Assembly (NCBI GenBank): GCA_002269645.1
Contig: NIVC01001952.1
Coordinates: forward strand, 62,001-126,000
DNA length: 64,000 nt
DNA from: Macrostomum lignano
Lineage: Eukaryota
Direction of reading: 5' to 3'
Part shown: one piece after another, positions 56,286 to 64,000 of the stretch
Layout: every line of letters starts with the position of its first letter
How positions within the stretch are numbered: position 1 is the stretch's first letter
Notes under the pieces: generated by a model
What the model saw: the letters and a program-made list of their open reading frames with translations, nothing else
What the model was told of the DNA's origin: nothing
The model's database searches: none
Position numbers and translations under genes: made by a program

Positions 56286-56487
56286 TAAAGGACTAAAAAC
56301 ATGGCTACAAGGATTTCTATGACTATCAGAACTTCGATGCTTGAGTTTGACTATAGAAGTACAAATTTAACAGTGCTGCCTTCGGTTGTACATAGCTGGC
56401 ATTAGCTGCTTAGCTGAGATATGCTGGATAATTAGAGACAAACCAATCTGAGTAAGAGCTCTGGCGTGAGCTATGTGCATACACAGT

Positions 56488-56640
56488 ATAATTCTGGCAC
56501 CCATTTTACAGCTGGGTGAACTGAAGCAATGCAGAGTTAAGTGTGTTGCTCGAGAACACAAATTGTTCTGCGAGGTCAGGAATCGAACCCCTGACCTTCC
56601 ATTCGTGAGTCCGACGCTCTAACCACTAGGCTAAAACCCC
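56488..56640 (-). mobile_element. tRNA-derived SINE with CORE-like (MIR-core-like) domain; 3' end not defined
   Basis: Minus strand GGGGTTTTAGCCTAGTGGTTAGAGC (A box) and GGTTCGATTCC (B box), then TTGTGTTCTCGAGCAACACACTTAACTCTGCATTGCTTCAGTTCACCCAGCTGTAAAATGGG. This aligns by eye to the CORE consensus TGTGACCTTGGGCAAGTTACTTAACCTCTCTGTGCCTCAGTTTCCTCATCTGTAAAATGGG. Confidence 0.75.
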
Positions 56641-56654
56641 TACTAGTACAAGCA

Positions 56655-57125
56655 CGCAAACCTATGTACATACACAGTACCAGTACAAGAACGCAAAGTT
56701 ATGTACATACACAGTACCAGTACAAGAACGCAAAGCTGTGTACATACACAGTACCAGTACAAGAACGCAAAGCTATGTACATACACAGTACCAGTACAAG
56801 AACACAAAGCTATGTACATACACAGTACCAGTACAAGAACACAAAGTTATGTACAAAGCTATGTACATACACAGTACCAGTACAAGAACACAAAGTTATG
56901 TACATGCACGGTACCAGTACAAGAACACAAAGTTATGTACATACACAGTACCAGTACAAGAACACAAAGCTATGTACAATACACAGTACCAGTACAAGAA
57001 CACAAAGCTATGTACATACACATACACAGTACCAGTACAAGAACACAAAGCTATGTACAATACACAGTACCAGTACAAGAACACAAAGCTATGTACATAC
57101 ACATACACTGTACCAGTACAAGCAC
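56655..57125. repeat. ~37-bp tandem repeat (TATGTACATACACAGTACCAGTACAAGAACACAAAGC)
   Basis: About 12 units, starting immediately after the SINE 5' end. Confidence 0.95.
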
Positions 57126-57747
57126 GCGATCAAAAAAAACAATTATAAATTTTCCAATCATTTTTGCGTCCAAATTTGTCTGTCCATTCAGCGCGCAATT
57201 ATCCTTTTGAGTCACATTTGAGTCACAGGTTGATATTTGCCATTGCACACTGAAATCCTGCTAGCCCAAGGCAGTTTACATTTTGCAAAGGAGTTGATAA
57301 AAGAAATTACTTCAATGCTGTTTTTGCGTGAGATTTCTTATCCAATTTGAGCACAGCAACAAGGCTGATGCCGCCGCCGCCCCCCGCCCAAGTTTATGAC
57401 TTCTGACGCCGCTCCGCCGCCCAAGGAGTCATAAAAACTTGCGCGGTCACGTGTGACCCCCGCCGCACTCTGAACCTTTTCAAGACTCGATTTGAGAACA
57501 AAGAGATTCGAAAGTTTGCTGGCAGCTCGAAATTGAGCACCTGGCGGACAAATTTTACAACTTAGCGAGTTCGTCTCGGCCGCCCCCGCTTTTATTTAGA
57601 CATCTCTGTGCATTGCTACTTGAAGTAGGCTCGCATTTATATTTTCTAACGAATTTATTAAAAGAAAGAGAAAACAAAACCGCATTAATATTTGACATGT
57701 TGATTTGACAATAAAAATGAAATAGAATATCGGCATCTTAAAGTCAT

Positions 57748-58740
57748 TATTGGCATCTGAGATTCAGGATTGGCATATGGAATTCAGGATTAGCATATGA
57801 GATTCAGGATTGGTGTCTGAGATTCAGGATTGTTATCTGAGATTCAGGATTGGCAGCTGAGATTCAGAATTGGCATCTGAGATTCAGGATTGGCATCTGA
57901 GATTCAGGATTGGCATCTGAGATTCAGGATTGGCATCTGAGATTCAGGATTGGCATATGAGATTCAGAATTGGTGTCTGAGATTCAGGATTGGTGTCTGA
58001 GATTCAGGATTGGCATATGAGATTCAGGATTGGCATATGAGATTCAGAATTGGTGTCTGAGATTCAGGATTGGTGTCTGAGATTCAGGATTGGCATCTGA
58101 GATTCAGGATTGGCATCTGAGATTCAGGATTGGCATCTGAGATTCAGGATTGGCATATGAGATTCAGGATTGGTGTCTGAGATTCAGGATTGGTGTCTGA
58201 GATTCAGGATTGGTGTCTGAGATTCAGGATTGGCATATGAGATTCTGGATTGGCATATGAGATTCGGGATTGTCAGCTGAGATTCAGAATTGGCATCTGA
58301 GATTCAGGATTGGTATCTGAGATTCGGGTTGGCATTTGAGATTCAGGATTGTCAGCTGAGATTCAGAATTGGCATCTGAGATTCAGGATTGGCATCTGAG
58401 ATTCAGGATTGTCAGCTGAGATTCAGGATTGGCATCTGAGATTCAGGATTGTCAGCTGAGATTCAGAATTGGCATCTGAGATTCAGGATTAGTGTCTGAG
58501 ATTCAGGATTGGCATATGAGATTCAGGATTGGCATATGAGATTCAGGATTGGCATATGAGATTCAGGATTGGCATCTGAGATTCAGGATTGGCATATGAG
58601 ATTCAGGATTGGCATCTGAGATTCAGGATTGGCATCTGAGATTCAGGATTGGTGTCTGAGATTCAGGATTGGCATCTGAGATTCAGGATTGGCATCTGAG
58701 ATTCAGGATTGGCATCTGAGATTCATGATCTTGATCTGAA
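57748..58740. repeat. 20-bp minisatellite (TGGCATCTGAGATTCAGGAT)
   Basis: About 49 units visible. Confidence 0.97.
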
Positions 58741-59154
58741 ATTCCTGATCTAAGCAAAAAGAGTTCACTATCAATGTTCTTGGCTTTATCATTTGCAATA
58801 AAACAATCTTGAACTCTCGTGACCCCTAAAACTCGCTATTGATGCTCCCATTGTCTAGCCTGAGCATGGTTCCCCCGCTTCATCGGCATCCTGTTTGGGG
58901 CAGGACCAAAGCATGGGACTGCAGTCTGGCCGTGAGAATTCGCAGGCGTTGCGCCACAAAGATGAGCTGGAAAATTATTGGGGACGGGAAATAATGGGAT
59001 GACTTTGAGGAGAAATTCTGCTCTGGAGGGATCTAGAAGCCAACAGGTGTGATTACGAGTGTTGTATTGTCGCATCCCTTCCACTTGTCTGTAATGATCT
59101 TCAAACACTCGATCGGGGACAGCTCAGCATTGAGACGGAGTCTAATCCGCTTAC

Positions 59155-59890
59155 CAGCTCTCTGCGCCGCTACCAGCCCTCACTGTCTCATTCTGGTGGC
59201 CCTCACTGTCTCATTCTGGTGGCCCTCACTGTCTCATTCTGGTGGCCCTCACTGTCTCATTCTGGTGGCCCTCACTGTCTCATTCTGGCTGACGCCGCTA
59301 CCAGCCCTCACTGTCTCATTCTGGTGGCCCTCACTGTCTCATTCTGGTGGCCCTCACTGTCTCATTCTGGCTGACGCCGCTACCAGCCCTCACTGTCTCA
59401 TTCTGGTGGCCCTCGCTGTCTCATTCTGGCTGACGCCGCTACCAGCCCTCACTGTCTCATTCTGGTGGCCCTCACTGTCTCATTCTGGCTGACGCCGCTA
59501 CCAGCCCTCACTGTCTCATTCTGGTGGCCCTCACTGTCTCATTCTGGCTGACGTCGCTACCAGCCCTCACTGTCTCATTCTGGTGGCCCTCACTGTCTCA
59601 TTCTGGCTGACGCCGCTACCAGCCCTCACTGTCTCATTCTGGTGGCCCTCGCTGTCTCATTCTGGCTGACGCCGCTACCAGCCCTCACTGTCTCATTCTG
59701 GTGGCCCTCACTGTCTCATTCTGGCTGACGCCGCTACCAGCACTCACTGTCTCATTCTGGCTGACGCCGCTTCCAGCCCTCACTGTCTCATTCTGGTGGC
59801 CCTCACTGTCTCATTCTGGCTGACGCCGCTACCAGCCCTCACTGTCTCATTCTGGCTGACGCCGCTACCAGCTCTCACTGTCTCATTCTG
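59155..59890. repeat. Composite 23-bp/36-bp repeat forming a 59-bp higher-order unit
   Basis: Shared core CCCTCACTGTCTCATTCTGG followed by either TGG or CTGACGCCGCTACCAG. Confidence 0.95.
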
Positions 59891-62049
59891 AGAAGGTCTT
59901 CAAATTTCACGAGCCCAAAGCAGATCGAATCGATCAGAGCAAAAAGCGACATTGCAGCGATGCAGAGACGGCAGAGCAGAGCAGGTGACTTGCCTGTCCT
60001 TGCAACTGCAGCCAAGTCCAAGTCTGGCACCTGTGCATAGCCAGGCACGGCCCCCCTGCGCGTGAAAGAAGTCCTGTGTTGAAGCCCCCCTCCCAGTCGG
60101 ACTCACAGACGGCAGCACACACAGACAGGGGATAAAAAGCACACAAAGTGAGTTGCTAATTAGGGGATCCACTCTGCCGCATCACTGCAGGTCTGGGAGT
60201 TGATTTTTGTTTTGGAGATCCCTCGCGAGGAAGGAGAGGATAAATTAAGCATGAAGCGATCAGAAAAAGCTGTCTTTCTGGATTGGGGATGCAGGATCTC
60301 TTAAATTGGGATTCCGATGCAAAAGATGTGGAAGCCAAAAGGGGAAGATGGAGAGGATAGAGGGGTTTGAGCGTCTGGGAGGCAAAAGATTCTGCTTGGA
60401 GGGCCGCGCGCCACACGACTTCTCCCAAAGAGGCATGGGAGTCCGCCCAGCTGCAGCAGCGGCGGCAGCGGCGGCAGCAAGAGCCGCTTTTTTCCCGTGC
60501 GCAGCAGCGGTCCCCCGCGGCGCAAAAGAAGGAAGAAGCAAAATCGGCTGAATGATAGCCATAATCCCATAACCCTAATTATCTTGAAGATGAGCGTGAA
60601 AAAAAGTTATTTTCTGCATGTTGCAAACTGAATGTCACACAGTTGAGTCGAAATCAAATGCGCAGCACGACAGCACAGGACAGACAATTATGAATTATTA
60701 TTTCTTCGAGTCCTAAGGGAATTGTTGGGTAAAGATTCATTCACCGCAATGCCGGCATTCGCGGTTGCTATGCAAGGCTTGGAAATGCAAAGTTTTCTTA
60801 GTTTAAAAAATTAAACATAAAAATAAACAATAGCTTGCATTTTCCCGCATTTTAAAATGAATATTTCATTGTTACTATACTCGTACATGGGCATTGTTCC
60901 ATGATTCCATGAGTCAAGTTTATGTGGTTGAATAATTTGGGAAGATTTTTCATTTTTTTCGCGTCCTTTGGGTCGCAATTGTTGGAATGTATCGAAGATC
61001 ACAGTCGAAGTGTAGAGTAAGGATGTTCCCCCATAGAATGCTTCATCATATAGTAGGCCTATAATTCCAGAATCCTTTGCCCAGCTTCCTTAACCCGCTG
61101 TGCCCTGGCGGTGCCCTCCCACGGTGCTCTGCACACTCGAGAGTCCCCGTGCAGAGGCGACGCTGCGGGATGCTTGAGCACTAAGCGTGACTTAAATTGA
61201 TGGAGACAGTATGGAGCAGCTCGGCTCGAGCTTGGAGGGCGTGAGGCAAGGCCGGCTCAACTTCTAAATGAAAAAAAGATGAAGGAATTGTTAATATTCG
61301 GGCTTCCCGTTAACCCCGCGAGTCCGTGCCACACCCTCCTATAGGCCACAGACACTTTCCCAGCCTCTCTTATCCTCTCTTCATCATCATTGTCTCCGCA
61401 TCAGTTGCGATCCCCCTCACCTCGAACCTCATTGTCTGGCGACCCCCTTGGCCCCACCCATAGCCCATCCCGCCACTGAGGTCCGCTGACTCCCCTTCAA
61501 CCCCCCCTCAGCCGGACCGCCTGTGGATTCGTTAAAATCCCGCGGACAGTGCAACAATGTCGCAGAGCCTCGTGGAAAAAAATAGAGTTTTAGCAACAAA
61601 TCCTTCTCACAATGCCTCGCTTCCCATAACGGAACTCACTATACGAGTATTCCGTGAAGAGGTAATGCTCAGTGCATATACAACAGCCTCTTATCTATTC
61701 AGATGTTTAAAGTTCGTTTAAAATCAATTGAGCAACCCCCGGTCCCCAGAGCGGATGCCACTCGCCCGTTATGGTAGTGCACCTTAGCGACTGCTAATTA
61801 ATTCCCTGATTAAGCGAGCCAATCAAACTGTTTCTCCATGAGAGTGAATAACGACAGAGGCTATAGATTCAAAGAAAAAACTGCTGTTGAAGTTGCAGGT
61901 GCAACGGCCCCTCCAGACCCAGTTTGTCTGCTTCAAATTTCTTTTGTTTTGGGACAAAGTAATCGTGTTCTTCGCTTTAAATCTAATCTATCGAGAGTGA
62001 AATTGGATCTGTGATAATCTATTTAGATCGAGGTGAAATTGATGAGACT

Positions 62050-62475
62050 ATATCGAAAGTGAGAGGACATCTCTGAGACACTGGATACAGTGAGATGAGA
62101 TCTCTGAGGCATTGGATAGAAAGTGAGATCTCTGAAACATGGGTCATGAGATACAGTGAGATGAGCTTGAGATCTCTGAGACATGGGTCATGAGATACAG
62201 TGAGATGAGCTTGAGATCTCTGAGACACAGGAAGCAGTGGAGATCTCTGAGACACAGGAAGCAGTGGAGATCTCTGAGACACAGGAAGCAGTGGAGATCT
62301 CTGAGACACAGGAAGCAGTGGAGATCTCTGAGACATGGGATACAGTGGAGATCTCTGAGACATGGGATACAGTGGAGATCTCTGAGACATGGGATACAGT
62401 GGAGATCTCTGAGACATGGGATACAGTGAGATGAGATCTCTGAGACACGGGAAGCAGTGGAGCTCTCTGAGAATC
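62050..62475. repeat. 27-bp minisatellite (GAGATCTCTGAGACACAGGAAGCAGTG / ..CATGGGATACAGTG)
   Basis: Visible, with degenerate edges. Confidence 0.93.
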
Positions 62476-63032
62476 TATTGACAAGGACAGGAGAGCCCTC
62501 TAATGGTCAATAGATGGTCTAATCTTGCTACTGATAGAAAAGCTACGGAGTCCTTCTGTACCCGTCATAAACTATTGCCAATTAGAACTTCATAACAGCT
62601 CCACCAGCGGGAATTCGCCAAAACAGTATAACATTTGAGCATCCCTTGAGCAGTCAGCCAATAGGAAGGCCCAGTCTGACCGCCTCATTGGCTGCCCCGG
62701 CCGGCCCAGCGGCCCACCTCCGATCCCCCACTGATCGCCTGGCCTCCCCCCTCCGACCCACCACCCTGCCGGTCCCAAGGCCGCACCTGCTGCGCTCCCA
62801 ACATTTTCCCAAGCCAATTTTTACTCCTCTCAGTCAGGCAGTCAGCGAGTCGCGAATTCCGCTCCCGCCACCCCCTGGCCCGCGGCCACCCCGCCTCCGC
62901 TAACAATTCTCCCATTTAAAAGGCTCAGTTTAGCCACCCTCTGGGGCTCCGCATCCAAGCATCCAAATTAGTAACTCCCTGCTATTAATACAGAAGTATT
63001 AATTAAACAATTAGTTGCCGTAAAATAAAACA

Positions 63033-63141
63033 ATGCGACTCGGATACCAGACCCCGGCCAGGCATCATCACTCGTCCACTATTGACGGCGGCCTTGGCCA
63101 GGGATCGCCCGAGCACGCGGCATCAGCGCTGAAGACTCCAG
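63033..63141 (+). CDS. Probable first coding exon of the nuclear receptor gene
   Basis: MRLGYQTP...ALKTP ends at a strong phase-1 donor CCAG|GTGAG, in phase with the acceptor at 63785. Confidence 0.65.
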
Positions 63142-63785
63142 GTGAGCAGTTTTGCTGGCAGAATCCGGCTGTAATTCTTCATCAGTCTTCTTCTTCTCTA
63201 AAGCGCCAAGTCGCGTCGATAGCGTGCCCAACTGGAATTTGAGCCTCTTGTGTGTTCGCTGCGATAGCGAACTTCCGTCGGTATTCAAGTCTTTGTGCCC
63301 CAGATAACTCTATAGGCATATATCGGTGCTTAGCCAAGCGTTAATAAAGAGCTGCTGCATGCGCAATAATAAGCCTTTGATTTTCTCACCTTCCTATACT
63401 GCTGTTCCGTGTAACAGCAGACTTGTTGAAGCGAGAGAAGTCTGTCATTGGCGCACCAGCACTGACCTATTTCGGTTTGATAATCGCTCGACCCCTGTCG
63501 TGACGACGGCCCGCAGAACAGATGGTGGCAGGGCTGGGGTTTCGAAGAAATCCATTGTAATGAGCGGTTCCGCGATGTATCTCAAATATGTTACACAGAA
63601 TCAGGAGGGACTTGGGGTAGAATTAAGCTTGCTCAGATGGAAGATTATTTTCGTCTTGAAATTTGACCGTTCGATAGTCTTGACTCCTTGCGGTCGAGGT
63701 TCTGTGAATCTGAGGGCAGCGGCGTCTAATTCAGTAAATTTTCTCTATTGAATATTTGCATTGTCCGTCTCCCCCACTCATGCAG

Positions 63786-64000
63786 ACTCCCCGAGCAGCC
63801 TCATCAACAACAACAGCATCATTGGGAACGGGATCGGCATTGGAGGCGGCATCGGCGGCGTCAGCGGCGTCGGCGGCGGCGGCAGCGCCGGGAGCAAGAA
63901 GCTGGACGCCCTGTGCCTGGTGTGCGGGGACCGCGCCTCTGGCAAGCACTACGGAGTTCTCAGCTGCGACGGCTGCCGAGGCTTCTTTAAGCGCTCGGTG
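63786..64000 (+). CDS. Nuclear receptor DNA-binding domain exon (NR2E subfamily; NR2E6/PNR-like P-box), partial
   Basis: After acceptor CATGCAG| the exon reads DSPSS..GG-rich..[30 protein letters not shown], the first C4 zinc finger. It continues beyond the window. Confidence 0.93.

Noticed and set aside
56569-56640. Functional tRNA-Val(CAC) gene
   Set aside because: The anticodon stem does not pair, there is no poly-T terminator, and it runs straight into a CORE-like SINE body.

Overview
This is eukaryotic (animal) genomic DNA with GC-rich coding islands and dense micro/minisatellites. The style fits a free-living flatworm such as Macrostomum, but that is inference, not proof. Host genes: an EGF-domain single-pass membrane protein lacking a signal peptide (-); a two-exon candidate neuropeptide precursor ending KR-CRIGRLSCPIG-stop (+); an intronless CUB + C-type-lectin GPI-anchored protein (+); RPS25 (+); an 86-aa signal-peptide/TM microprotein (+); and the first two exons of an NR2E-type nuclear receptor with P-box CDGCRG (+, runs off the window). 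Mobile elements: a full-length, very young Ty3/Gypsy LTR retrotransposon (10052-19105, -); a near-complete Loa/Lian-like LINE (APE-RT-RNase H-CCHC) inserted into a 15-bp satellite; a foldback-type non-autonomous DNA transposon with TSD; a tRNA-headed CORE-SINE; and a Mag-like gag remnant. The most unusual structure is in the Gypsy LTRs. Each carries, 85 bp inside its 3' end, a second complete 'LTR end (..TTACA) + C + 18-nt tRNA-Leu PBS' module, which predicts two interconvertible provirus forms. The same element has a long non-env pol C-terminal extension. All ORF breaks in both retroelements are single-base deletions, mostly in homopolymer runs, so they may be long-read errors. All calls were made by eye; no database search was run.
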